Origin: an uncultured Candidatus Rokubacteria bacterium
Lineage (GTDB): Bacteria > Methylomirabilota > Methylomirabilia > Rokubacteriales > CSP1-6
Length of the DNA stretch: 64,000 nucleotides
NCBI GenBank assembly: GCA_963771355.1
Contig: CAVYTA010000006.1
Location: forward strand, 2,144,001 to 2,208,000
Reading direction: 5' to 3'
How positions within the stretch are numbered: position 1 is the first letter of the stretch; every line of letters begins with the position of its first letter. Shown piece by piece: positions 27,214-36,951 of the stretch. Both the position numbers and the translations under genes were made by a program. The notes beneath the pieces are model-generated. The model searched no databases and was not told the origin of the DNA. It saw nothing but the letters and a program-made list of their open reading frames with translations.

Positions 27214-29325
27214 ATGCCCGGCCCTTCTCCCGCGACCGGCCGACTGGGCGTGGACATCGGCGGTACCTTCACCGATCTCGTGTGGGTGGACGATCTCACC
27301 GGGCAGGTGCGCGTGGGCAAGCTCCTCACCACGCCCAAGGATCCCGCCCAGGCGGTGGAGCAGGGCGTGCTCGGCCTCCTGCAGGAGGCGGGCGCGGCGG
27401 CGGGGGACGTCCGCGGCCTCATCCACGGCACCACCCTGGCGACGAACGCCCTGATCGAGAGAAAAGGTGCGCGCACCGGGCTCCTCACCACCGCCGGCTT
27501 CCGGGACGCGCTCGAGATCGGCCGCGAAGGCCGCTACGACATGTACGACCTCTTCATCGACCCGCCCGCGCCGCTGGCGCCGCGCCACCTGCGGCACGAG
27601 GTGTCGGAGCGCGTGGGCGCCGGCGGCGGGATCGCGCGCCCCCTCGACGAGGCCGGCGCGCGGGCGGCCATTGCCGCGCTCCTCGCCGAGGGCGTGGAGG
27701 CGATCGCCATCTCGCTCCTTCACGCGTACCGCAATCCCGTCCACGAGGAGGCTTTGGCCCGCCTCGTCGCTGAGCAGGCGCCCGGTCTCCCCGTCTCCCG
27801 TTCCTCGGAGGTCGTGCCGGAGATCCGCGAGTACGAGCGCACCTCCACCACGGTGGCCAATGTCTACGTGATGCCGCTCATGGCGCGTTACCTCGACGAC
27901 CTCGAGCGCAAGCTCACCGACCTCGGGATCGCGGGCCGGTTCTACATCATGCTGTCCTCCGGCGGCATCGCCACCCCCGCCACCGCCAAGCGCGTGCCCA
28001 TTCGCCTGGTGGAGTCGGGCCCGGCGGCGGGCGCGCTCGCCGCCGCGCGCGCGGCGCGGCGCTCCGGCGAGGCGCGGCTCCTGTCCTTCGACATGGGCGG
28101 CACCACCGCGAAGGCCTGCGTGATCGACGGGGGCGAACCGCTGCTCGCACGCGAGTTCGAGGTGGCGCGCGCGGACCGGTTCAAGAAGGGCTCGGGGCTG
28201 CCCATTCGCGTGCCCGTGATCGAGATGATCGAGATCGGTGCCGGCGGCGGTTCCATCGCCCGCATCGACCGCATGGGGCTGCTCAAGGTGGGCCCGGACA
28301 GCGCGGGCGCCGATCCAGGGCCGGCCTGCTACGCGCTCGGCGGTCACGAGCCCACCGTGACCGACGCGGACGTCCTGCTCGGCTATCTCGACCCGGCCTA
28401 CTTCCTCGGCGGCCGGATGCGGCTCGACGTGGAGGCGGCCCGCCACGCCATCGAGGAGAAGGTCGCGCGGCCCCTGCGCTTTGACGTGACGCAGGCGGCC
28501 TGGGCCATCCATCGAGTGGTCAACGAGAACATGGCGGCGGCCGCCCGCATCCATGGCATCGAGCGGGGGAAAGACCTCCGCGCCTATCCGCTCTTCGCCT
28601 TCGGCGGCGCGGGGCCGGTCCACGCCTGGCATGTGGGCCGCATCCTCAGGGTCCCCCGCGTGCTCGTGCCCTTCGGAGCGGGCGCCGCCTCCGCCCTGGG
28701 GCTGCTGGCCGCGCCGCTGGCCTTCGACTTCGTGCGCACCGCACCCCAGCGCCTCGACACCGCGGACTGGACGGGCGTGAGCCGGCTCTTCGCCGAGATG
28801 GAGGCGGAAGGCCGTGCAGTGCTATGCCAGGCGGGCGTGGCCGAGGAGGAGATCCGCTTCCGCCGGAGCGCCGAGATGCGCTACGCCGGCCAGGGCCACG
28901 AGGTCGAGGCCCCAGTGCCGGGGGGGCCGCTCGGGCCCGCGAGCCCGGCGCCCATCACCGCGGGCTTCGAGGCCGTCTACCGCACGCTCTACGGACGCAA
29001 CCCGCTCGGCGTCGCCATCGAGGCCCTGAACTGGCGGCTGGTGGCGAGCGGGCCGGACCCGGAGGCGGCGACAACCGGCGGGGTGAAACGGGACGGAGCT
29101 CGACCGGCCGTCATCGAAGCCCGGGCAAGCAAGACGCGCACGGCGTACTTCCCGGAGGCGGGGGGATTCGTCGCCACGCCGGTGTACGACCGCTACGCGC
29201 TCGCGCCGGGCGCGACGTTCGAGGGACCGGCCATCGTGGAGGAGCGTGAATCCACCACCATCATCGGTCCGGGAGCGCGGGTGCAGGTGGACGCGGCCCG
29301 CACGCTGGTGGCGGAGCCCGCCTGA
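27214..29325 (+). CDS. Hydantoinase/oxoprolinase subunit A
   Basis: GVDIGGTFTD, HGTTLATNA, ESGPAAG, FDMGGTT, GPDSAGADPGPACY. Confidence 0.92.
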   Translation: MPGPSPATGRLGVDIGGTFTDLVWVDDLTGQVRVGKLLTTPKDPAQAVEQGVLGLLQEAGAAAGDVRGLIHGTTLATNALIERKGARTGLLTTAGFRDALEIGREGRYDMYDLFIDPPAPLAPRHLRHEVSERVGAGGGIARPLDEAGARAAIAALLAEGVEAIAISLLHAYRNPVHEEALARLVAEQAPGLPVSRSSEVVPEIREYERTSTTVANVYVMPLMARYLDDLERKLTDLGIAGRFYIMLSSGGIATPATAKRVPIRLVESGPAAGALAAARAARRSGEARLLSFDMGGTTAKACVIDGGEPLLAREFEVARADRFKKGSGLPIRVPVIEMIEIGAGGGSIARIDRMGLLKVGPDSAGADPGPACYALGGHEPTVTDADVLLGYLDPAYFLGGRMRLDVEAARHAIEEKVARPLRFDVTQAAWAIHRVVNENMAAAARIHGIERGKDLRAYPLFAFGGAGPVHAWHVGRILRVPRVLVPFGAGAASALGLLAAPLAFDFVRTAPQRLDTADWTGVSRLFAEMEAEGRAVLCQAGVAEEEIRFRRSAEMRYAGQGHEVEAPVPGGPLGPASPAPITAGFEAVYRTLYGRNPLGVAIEALNWRLVASGPDPEAATTGGVKRDGARPAVIEARASKTRTAYFPEAGGFVATPVYDRYALAPGATFEGPAIVEERESTTIIGPGARVQVDAARTLVAEPA

Positions 29326-30125
29326 TGCTGGCGCGCCGGGATCGCGCCCAGGTGCCCCCCGGCACGCCGGGCATCATGGCCACGCGCACGCTCGCCAACA
29401 GCCATCCCGGCCTGCTCGCGCTGCTCCGCCCGGGCCTCGACGTGCTCGACGTGGGCTGCGGACCGGGCACCCTCACCATCGAGACGGCCCGTCGGGTGCT
29501 GCCCGGTCGCGTGGTCGGGCTCGACGTCAACGAGGAGATGCTCGCGGCGGCCCGGCAGGCCAGCCCGCCCGGCGCGCTGCCCAACCTGACCTTCCTCCAC
29601 GGAGATATCCGCGACGGCGGGTGGGACACCGAGTTCGATCTCGTGGGCGCGGCGCGCGTGCTGCAGTGGATCCGTGACGTCGAGCGGGCGGTCACCGCCA
29701 TGGTCGCCGCCCTGCGACCCGGGGGCCTGATGATCGTGCTGGACTACGATCACACCCGCGCCCGCTGGGCGAATCCTCCCGCGGCCTGGATCCGCTTCCA
29801 CCGCGCCTTCCTCGACTGGCGGGCGAATGGCGGCCTCGACAATGCCCTCACCCGGCGGCTGCCCGATCTCCTCGAGGCCGCGGGCCTCGTCGAGCTCCGC
29901 GTGACGCCCCTCGCCGTCACGGTTTCCGCGGGCCAGCCCGATTTCTTCCGCGTGGCGGGCGCGTGGCGGCTGGTGGCCGAGAGCCGCGGGCGCCAGATGG
30001 TGTCGGCCGGCGCCCTCACCGAGGCCGAGCGCGAGGCGGCCGTCGCCGACTATGCGGAGTGGATGCGCCGGGAGGACGCGGTCCAGACCCTCCACGAGGC
30101 CTGCGTGACGGGCCGGCGGCCATGA
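29325..30125 (+). CDS. Class I SAM-dependent methyltransferase
   Basis: VLDVGCGPG, FDLV, LRPGG; overlaps both neighbours. Confidence 0.88.
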   Translation: MLARRDRAQVPPGTPGIMATRTLANSHPGLLALLRPGLDVLDVGCGPGTLTIETARRVLPGRVVGLDVNEEMLAAARQASPPGALPNLTFLHGDIRDGGWDTEFDLVGAARVLQWIRDVERAVTAMVAALRPGGLMIVLDYDHTRARWANPPAAWIRFHRAFLDWRANGGLDNALTRRLPDLLEAAGLVELRVTPLAVTVSAGQPDFFRVAGAWRLVAESRGRQMVSAGALTEAEREAAVADYAEWMRREDAVQTLHEACVTGRRP

Positions 30126-31744
30126 CCCCTTCGCCCGGCGCCGGCACGCTGGATCCGGTCACGCTCGACATCTGCTGGAACCGCCTCGTCGGCGTGGTGA
30201 ACGAGCAGGCCGCCGCGCTGCAGCGGACGTCCTTCACCTCCATCGTGCGCGAGGCGGGCGACCTCTCCGCGGGCGTCTTCGACCGGCGCGGCTGGATGCT
30301 CGCCCAGGCGGTGACCGGCACGCCGGGCCACATCAACTCCATGGCGCTCTGCCTGCGTCATATCCTGGCCGCGCACCCGGTGGACAGTCTGCGGCCCGGT
30401 GACGTGCTCATCACCAACGACCCCTGGAAAGGCTCGGGCCACCTGAACGACGTGACCATCGCCACGCCGGTATTCCGCGGCCGCGACTGCGTGGCGCTGT
30501 TCGCCTCCACGTGCCACACCGCCGACATCGGCGGGCACATCCTCTCCGCGGAGGCGCGCGAGGTGTACGAGGAGGGGCTCTTCATCCCCATCATGAAGCT
30601 CTACGAGGCGGGGGAGCCCAACCCCGCCCTCACCGGCCTCATCCGCGCCAACGTGCGGCTCCCGGAGCTGGTGATGGGCGACTTCCACGCCCAGATCGCC
30701 GGCGGGACCGTGGGCGGCGAGCGCCTGCTCGAGTTCATGGAGGAGTTCGGGCTCACCCGGCTGGAGCCGCTCGGCGACGAGATCGTGGGGCGGACCGAGC
30801 GGGCCATGCGCGAGTCCATCGCGCGGCTCCGGCCCGGCGCCTACACCTATGCCGTCACCTCGGACGGCTTCGACGAGCCCATCACCATCCAGGTTCGCTG
30901 CGAGGCGCATGGCGGCGAGCTCGCCATCGACTATACCGGCTCGTCGCCGGAGAGCCGGCGCGGCATCAACGTGGTCATGAACTACACCGAGGCCTACTCG
31001 ACCTACGGCGCCAAGGTCATCGTGAGCCCGGACGTGCCGAACAACGAGGGCGCCTTCCGGCCCGTCCGCATCACCGCGCCGGAGGGCTCGATCCTCAACG
31101 CGCGCCACCCCGCCCCGGTGGCGGCGCGTCACGTGGTCGGCCACTTCCTCCCCCATGCCATCGCGGGAGCGCTCCGCGAGGCCCTGCCAGACCGCGTGAT
31201 GGCGGAGGGCTCGGCCAATATCTGGGGCGTGCAGGTGTCGGGCCGTGACGAGGACGGGCGCGCCTTCAGCTTCGTGGTGTTCACCTCGGGGGGCACGGGG
31301 GCCCGCGCCACCAAGGATGGGCTCTCCGCCACCGCGTTCCCGTCCGGCGTGCTCGGCACCCCCGCGGAAGTGATCGAGTCGCTCTCCCCGCTGGTCATCG
31401 AGCGCAAGGCGCTGCGCCCCGACTCCGGCGGCGACGGCCGCTTCCGGGGCGGGCTCGGCCAGGAGATCGCCTTCCGGGTGCGCACCCGCGGGAGCTACCG
31501 CTGCTCCGTGCTCTGCGACCGCACGCGCATCCCCGCCCAGGGCTTCTTCGGTGGCGGGCCCGGGGGGCGCGGCGAGGTGCTCATCAACGGGCGCGCGCCC
31601 GACAACCCCAAGGCGGAGCAGGTGCTCCAGCCCGGCGACCTCGTAGAGCTGCGGCTCCCCGGCGGCGGCGGATACGGCCCGCCCGCCGCGCGCGACCCCG
31701 AGGCCCGCGCGCGCGACCTCCGCGAAGGCTACGTCACCCGCTGA
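30122..31744 (+). CDS. Hydantoinase B/oxoprolinase subunit
   Basis: TSFTSIVREAGDLS, NDPWKGSGHLND, HTADIGG, DSGGDGRFRGG, PGGGGYG. Confidence 0.92.
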   Translation: MTPSPGAGTLDPVTLDICWNRLVGVVNEQAAALQRTSFTSIVREAGDLSAGVFDRRGWMLAQAVTGTPGHINSMALCLRHILAAHPVDSLRPGDVLITNDPWKGSGHLNDVTIATPVFRGRDCVALFASTCHTADIGGHILSAEAREVYEEGLFIPIMKLYEAGEPNPALTGLIRANVRLPELVMGDFHAQIAGGTVGGERLLEFMEEFGLTRLEPLGDEIVGRTERAMRESIARLRPGAYTYAVTSDGFDEPITIQVRCEAHGGELAIDYTGSSPESRRGINVVMNYTEAYSTYGAKVIVSPDVPNNEGAFRPVRITAPEGSILNARHPAPVAARHVVGHFLPHAIAGALREALPDRVMAEGSANIWGVQVSGRDEDGRAFSFVVFTSGGTGARATKDGLSATAFPSGVLGTPAEVIESLSPLVIERKALRPDSGGDGRFRGGLGQEIAFRVRTRGSYRCSVLCDRTRIPAQGFFGGGPGGRGEVLINGRAPDNPKAEQVLQPGDLVELRLPGGGGYGPPAARDPEARARDLREGYVTR

Positions 31745-31825
31745 CCGATCCTCGCGGGAACGATCCGGCCGGGCCCCCGCGGCGGCGCGGACGGCGGCCC
31801 GCCGGTGGCGCACCCAGGCGCGCGA

Positions 31826-31834
31826 TGCTAGAAT
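31826..31834 (+). promoter_or_regulatory. Extended -10 promoter candidate for the ABC operon
   Basis: TGCTAGAAT (TGn-TAnnnT), ~70 nt before the ATG, which has a GAGGAGG Shine-Dalgarno. Confidence 0.5.
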
Positions 31835-31905
31835 CCGGCACCAGTCAGCCGGTCATCGCCGACCTCCCGAATCCCCACAATCCGTCGTGAGGAGGATGTG
31901 TCCCC

Positions 31906-33183
31906 ATGTTGAAGCGCACGTCTGCACTGCTCGCTCTGGCCCTCGCCGCGCTGCTGCCGGCCTCGCCGGTCCACGCGCAGGCTCCCAAGGAGGTCGTCAT
32001 CGGCGTCCTCTACCCGCTCTCCGGCAACGCGGCCCAGGTCGGGATCGACTCGGTGAACGCGGTCCGGCTCGCGGTGGACATCATCAACGCCAACCACGAT
32101 CTCAACCTTCCCCTCGGGAAGGGCGAGGGCCTGCCCGGGCTCGGCGGCGCCAAGGTCCGCGTGATCTTCGTGGACCACCAGGGCAAGCCGGACGTGGGCC
32201 AGGCCGAGGCCGAGCGCCTCATCACCCAGGAGAAGGTGCACGCGGTGTTCGGCGCCTACTTCTCGGGAGTGACCCAGACGGTGGCCCAGGTCGCGGAGCG
32301 CTACGGCGTGCCTCACCTCAACGCCGAGTCGTCGTCCCCCCTGCTCACCGAGCGCGGGCTCAAGTGGTTCTTCCGGACCTCGCCGCACGACGGGCACTTC
32401 AGCCAGGTGATGTTCGACTTCATCCGGGACCTCGAGAAGCGCCGCAACGTGAAGTTCAAGACCGTCGGCATCATGCACGAGGCGACGCAGTTCGGATCGG
32501 ACTCCGCCAAGGTCCAGGAGGAGCTGGCGGCCAAGTACGGCTACGAGGTCGCGGTGAAGATCTCCTACCGCGACAAGGCCACCAACCTCGACGCCGAGGT
32601 CGGCAAGCTGAAGGCGGCCAATCCCGACATCCTGCTGCCCTCGTCGTACACCAACGACGCCATTCTCTTCGTGAAGACGGCCAAGAACCTCGACTACAAC
32701 CCCAAGCTGATCGTCGCGCAGAACGCCGGCTGGACGGACCCCACCTTCGTGCGGGAGATGGGCAAGGACGTGGAGGGGCATATCACCCGGGCGCCCTTCG
32801 CCCTGGACATGGCGGCGAAGAAGCCGATGATCCGGCAGGTCAACGAGATGTTCAAGAAGCTGAAGGACAACTCCACCGGCCGCGACATCTCGGACGCGCC
32901 CGCGCGCGCCTTCACCGGCTTCCTCACCCTGGCCGACGCGATCAACCGGGCGAAGTCCGTGAGCCCGGAGGAGATCCGCAAGGCGCTGGTGGCCACCAAC
33001 ATCCCCGGCGATCAGCTCATCATGCCGTGGAACGGGGTCAAGTTCGACGAGAAGGGCCAAAACACGGGCGTGCGCGCCATCCTCCAGCAGGTGCAGAACG
33101 GCGCCTACGCCACCATCTACCCCTTCGAGCTGGCGGCCGCCGACGCGACCTTCCCCCTGACGCCCTGGAAGGATCGCAAGTAA
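31906..33183 (+). CDS. Branched-chain amino acid type ABC substrate-binding protein
   Basis: Signal peptide; IGVLYPLSG, LTERGLKWFFRT. Confidence 0.9.
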   Translation: MLKRTSALLALALAALLPASPVHAQAPKEVVIGVLYPLSGNAAQVGIDSVNAVRLAVDIINANHDLNLPLGKGEGLPGLGGAKVRVIFVDHQGKPDVGQAEAERLITQEKVHAVFGAYFSGVTQTVAQVAERYGVPHLNAESSSPLLTERGLKWFFRTSPHDGHFSQVMFDFIRDLEKRRNVKFKTVGIMHEATQFGSDSAKVQEELAAKYGYEVAVKISYRDKATNLDAEVGKLKAANPDILLPSSYTNDAILFVKTAKNLDYNPKLIVAQNAGWTDPTFVREMGKDVEGHITRAPFALDMAAKKPMIRQVNEMFKKLKDNSTGRDISDAPARAFTGFLTLADAINRAKSVSPEEIRKALVATNIPGDQLIMPWNGVKFDEKGQNTGVRAILQQVQNGAYATIYPFELAAADATFPLTPWKDRK

Positions 33184-33199
33184 ACGGCGCTCCGCGCCC

Positions 33200-34066
33200 G
33201 TGACGCTCGAAGTTCTGCTGCAGGGCTTGATCGGCGGGCTCCTGATGGGGTTCGTCTATGCGCTCATCGCGGCAGGGCTGTCCCTGATCTTCGGGCTCAT
33301 GGAGATCGTGAACTTCGCGCATGGCGAGTTCCTCATGCTCGCCATGTTCGCGACGTTCTGGGCGTGGGCGCTCGCCGGGCTCGATCCCCTCCTCGCGCTG
33401 CCGCTCACCGCGGCGCTGCTCTTCGTGCTCGGGATCGCCGTGTACCACGGCCTCATCCGCTGGATCCTGGGCGCACCCATGCTGGCCCAGATCTTCGCCA
33501 CCTTCGGCCTCGCCGTCTTCCTGCGGTCCGCCGCGCAGGCCCTCTGGGGCGTGGATTTCCGGCTGGTCAAGGATCCTCTGGTGTCGGGACGCATCTCGCT
33601 GGGGGGGCTCTTCATCGGCCTGCCTCAGCTCGTGGCCAGCGTGGGAGCCCTGGCCGCCTTCGCCTTCCTCTACTGGCTCATCCGCAAGACGGAAACGGGC
33701 CGCGCGCTACAGGCCACCGCCCAGGACCGGCAGGCCGCGGCTCTCATGGGCATCGACACCCAGTGGATGTTCGCGCTCGGCTGGGGGATCGGCGCGGCCT
33801 GCGTGGGGGTCGCGGGCGCGCTCCTCACCATCTTCTTCTATGTGTTCCCGGACGTCGGCGCGTCCTTCGCGCTGCTCGCCTACGTGGCGGTGGCCCTCGG
33901 CGGCTTCGGCAACGTCCCGGGCACCCTGGCCGCCGGGGTGGTGGTGGGCGTGGTCGAGGTGATGAGCGGTCTCCTCATCGCGCCCACGCTCAAGTACGTG
34001 GCGGTGTTCCTGATCTACCTGGCGGTCGTCCTCTGGCGCCCCCAGGGTCTGTTCGGCCGCTTCTGA
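33200..34066 (+). CDS. ABC permease (LivH-like)
   Basis: GLSLIFGLMEIVNFAHGEF, WRPQGLFG. Confidence 0.92.
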   Translation: MTLEVLLQGLIGGLLMGFVYALIAAGLSLIFGLMEIVNFAHGEFLMLAMFATFWAWALAGLDPLLALPLTAALLFVLGIAVYHGLIRWILGAPMLAQIFATFGLAVFLRSAAQALWGVDFRLVKDPLVSGRISLGGLFIGLPQLVASVGALAAFAFLYWLIRKTETGRALQATAQDRQAAALMGIDTQWMFALGWGIGAACVGVAGALLTIFFYVFPDVGASFALLAYVAVALGGFGNVPGTLAAGVVVGVVEVMSGLLIAPTLKYVAVFLIYLAVVLWRPQGLFGRF

Positions 34067-35028
34067 TGCTCCCCGCGCTCCGGTGGGGCCTGGGCGCGCT
34101 CTCCCTCGCCGCGCTCCTCGCCGTCCCCTTCGTGGTCACCCAGCCCTATCCGCGGCACGTGTTCATCACGATCTTCCTCTACGCGACCCTGGCCCAGGCC
34201 TGGAATCTCCTCGCTGGCTACTGCGGGCAGATCTCGCTGGGCCACGCGGTCTTCTTCGGGACGGGCGCCTACACCTCCAGCGTGCTCGTGAAGGAGCTGG
34301 GGCTCACGCCGTGGGCCGGCATGGGGGTGGGCGTCCTGCTCGCGGTGGCGCTCTCGCAGGTGATCGGCTACCCGGTGTTTCGCCTGCGGGGCCACTATCT
34401 CGCCATCGCCACCATCGCGGTGGGCGAGATCGTGCAGACCCTCATGCTGAACTGGGACTGGGTGGGCGCCGCGCGCGGCTTCTTCGTGCCGATCAAGCGC
34501 CCCGACTCCTTCGTCAACTTCCAGTTCCATCAGAGCAAGCAGACGTACTACTACATCGCGCTGGGCCTCCTCCTCCTGGCCCTGGGCGTGACCCGCCGCA
34601 TCGAGCGCTCGCGCACGGGATTCTACTTCCGCGCCATCCGGGAAGACCAGGACGCGGCGGCGAGCCTCGGCATCCCGGTGGCGGCGTACAAGCAGCGGGC
34701 GATGGCCTGGTCCGCCGGGCTCACCGCCATGGGCGGGACGTTCTACGCCCAGTACATCCTCTTCATCGATCCGGAGTCGGTATTCCCGCTGTCGCTGTCC
34801 ATTCTCATCTGCCTGATGGCGGTGCTGGGCGGGGTGGGAACCCTGTGGGGGCCGCTGGTGGGCGCCGCCATCCTGGTGCCGCTCTCCGAGGGCACGCGCA
34901 TCTACTTCGGCGGCACCGGCAAGGCGATCGACCTCTTGATCTTTGGCCTGCTCATCATGCTGATCTCGGTACTCCAGCCGGGCGGCATCATGGCGCTCGC
35001 CCAGCGCGGGCGCCGGCGCACGGGATGA
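34066..35028 (+). CDS. ABC permease (LivM-like)
   Basis: TGATG overlap; WNLLAGYCGQISLGH, RLRGHYLAIAT. Confidence 0.92.
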   Translation: MLPALRWGLGALSLAALLAVPFVVTQPYPRHVFITIFLYATLAQAWNLLAGYCGQISLGHAVFFGTGAYTSSVLVKELGLTPWAGMGVGVLLAVALSQVIGYPVFRLRGHYLAIATIAVGEIVQTLMLNWDWVGAARGFFVPIKRPDSFVNFQFHQSKQTYYYIALGLLLLALGVTRRIERSRTGFYFRAIREDQDAAASLGIPVAAYKQRAMAWSAGLTAMGGTFYAQYILFIDPESVFPLSLSILICLMAVLGGVGTLWGPLVGAAILVPLSEGTRIYFGGTGKAIDLLIFGLLIMLISVLQPGGIMALAQRGRRRTG

Positions 35029-35777
35029 CCCCGCCGCTCCTCGAGGTCCAGGGCCTCACCAAGCGCTTCGGCGGCGTCACCGCCAACCAGGAGGTGACGT
35101 TCCGCGTGGCTTCCGGAGAGCTCGTGGGCATCATCGGGCCCAATGGCGCGGGCAAGTCGACGCTCTTCGACCTCCTCACCGGCTTCCAGCGTCCGGACGC
35201 GGGCACGGTCGCGCTGGACGGCCAGGACATCACCGGGCTTCGCCCCGACGTGGTGAGCCGTCGGGGCGTCGGCCGCACCTTCCAGAAGCTCAAGCCATTC
35301 ACCGGCCTCACCGCGCTCGAGAACGTGATGGTGGGCGCCTTCCAGAAGACCACCGACCCGCGCGAAGCGCGGGAGCAGGCGCGCGCCGCGCTGGCCAGCG
35401 TGGGGCTGGGCGGCAAGGAAGATGCGCATGCGCGCGTACTCTCCACCGGCCAGCGCAAGCGCCTCGAGCTCGCGCGGGCGCTGGCCACGCGGCCGCGTCT
35501 CCTGCTCCTCGACGAGGTCACCGGCGGCGTCGACCAGGGCAGCATCCCCGGCCTGGTGGAGCTGGTGCGCGGAGTTCACGCGGAAGGCATGGCGCTGCTG
35601 GTCATCGAGCACAACATGCGCGTGATCATGGACATCTCGCAGCGCATCGTCGCGCTCCACCTGGGCGCGGTGATCGGCGACGGCCCCCCCGAGGCGGTGG
35701 CGCGCGACGCCCGCGTGATCGAGGCCTACCTCGGCCGCACCTACACGCGCGAGGCGCCGGAGGGTCCACGTGCTTGA
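35025..35777 (+). CDS. ABC ATP-binding protein (LivG-like)
   Basis: GPNGAGKST, RTFQ, LLLLDE, IEHNM. Confidence 0.92.
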   Translation: MTPPLLEVQGLTKRFGGVTANQEVTFRVASGELVGIIGPNGAGKSTLFDLLTGFQRPDAGTVALDGQDITGLRPDVVSRRGVGRTFQKLKPFTGLTALENVMVGAFQKTTDPREAREQARAALASVGLGGKEDAHARVLSTGQRKRLELARALATRPRLLLLDEVTGGVDQGSIPGLVELVRGVHAEGMALLVIEHNMRVIMDISQRIVALHLGAVIGDGPPEAVARDARVIEAYLGRTYTREAPEGPRA

Positions 35778-36477
35778 GGCGCGCGGGCTCGACGTGCTCT
35801 ACGGGGACTACCAGATCCTCTGGGAGGCGGAGCTCCGCGCGGAGCCGGGCGAGGTGGTGGCCATCCTCGGCCCGAACGGCGCGGGCAAGTCCACCCTCAT
35901 GAACACGCTCTCGGGCCTGATCCGGCCCCGCCGGGGCAGCGTCACCTTCAAGGGACAGTCCATCGCGGGCCTGCCTCCCCACCGCATCGTCCCCCTGGGC
36001 ATCGCGCATGTGCTGGAGCGGCGCCGCCTCTTCCCCTTCATGACGGTGCGCGAGAACCTCCTCCTCGGCGGCTATCATCCCGCGGCCCGCGCCCGGCGCG
36101 AGGCGAGCCTGGCCGACGTCGAAGCGCTGTTCCCGTTCCTCCGCGCGCGCGCCGATCAGCTCGGGCATACCCTCTCGGGCGGTGAGCAGCAGATGGTGGC
36201 GATTGCGCGCGGGCTCATGGCCCGACCCGAGCTCCTCATGATCGACGAGCCCTTTCTCGGGCTGGCGCCGCGCATCGTCGAGCAGATCGCCGAGGTGATC
36301 CGTGCCCTCAACCGCGAGCGCGGCCTCACCGTGGTCTTCATCGAGCAGAACGTGGAGCTGGCCCTGGGCATGGCGCACCGGGGGTACGTCCTCGAGTCGG
36401 GCCGCAATGTTATTCAAGGCCCATCCGCTTCGCTCCTGGGCTCGCCCGAGGTCAAACGGATCTTCCTGGGTGCCTAG
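35770..36477 (+). CDS. ABC ATP-binding protein (LivF-like)
   Basis: GPNGAGKST, LSGGEQQM, DEPFLGLAP, EQNV. Confidence 0.92.
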   Translation: MLEARGLDVLYGDYQILWEAELRAEPGEVVAILGPNGAGKSTLMNTLSGLIRPRRGSVTFKGQSIAGLPPHRIVPLGIAHVLERRRLFPFMTVRENLLLGGYHPAARARREASLADVEALFPFLRARADQLGHTLSGGEQQMVAIARGLMARPELLMIDEPFLGLAPRIVEQIAEVIRALNRERGLTVVFIEQNVELALGMAHRGYVLESGRNVIQGPSASLLGSPEVKRIFLGA

Positions 36478-36498
36478 CCCCCTCCCTCCCCCTGCTTG

Positions 36499-36527
36499 TT
36501 GCGACCGGGGGTGCCGTATGTTAGCGT
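36499..36527 (+). promoter_or_regulatory. Sigma-70 promoter candidate for trxA-trpE operon
   Basis: TTGCGA-N17-TAGCGT with extended -10 TG, in an AT-richer intergenic region. Confidence 0.5.
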
Positions 36528-36608
36528 AGCACTGCGATTTTATGGAACTCTTGCCCGCTGTTCTCACCTCATCCATCGCGGTCACCCCACCCAAGGAGAC
36601 CTACGCTC

Positions 36609-36935
36609 ATGGCGGATAATGCCCTGCACCTCACCGAGGCCAACTTCGACGTCGAGGTCGGCAAGCACGCCGAGGTCCTCATGGTGGACTTCTGGGCCGA
36701 GTGGTGCGCGCCCTGCCGCGCCATCGCGCCCACCCTCGACGAGCTGGCCCGCGAGGGCATCGGCAAGGTCAGCCTGGCCAAGGTGAACGTGGACGATAAC
36801 CCCGCCCTGGCGGCCCGGTACGGGATACGCTCGATCCCGACCATTCTTTTCATCAAGGGCGGGGCGGTGGTGGACCAGGTGGTCGGCGCGGTGCCCAAGG
36901 CCCAGCTCAAGAAGAAGCTGGACGCCATCGGCTGA
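36609..36935 (+). CDS. trxA: Thioredoxin
   Basis: VDFWAEWCAPC, IRSIPT. Confidence 0.95.
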   Translation: MADNALHLTEANFDVEVGKHAEVLMVDFWAEWCAPCRAIAPTLDELAREGIGKVSLAKVNVDDNPALAARYGIRSIPTILFIKGGAVVDQVVGAVPKAQLKKKLDAIG

Positions 36936-36951
36936 TCCGGCCACCCCTGCC

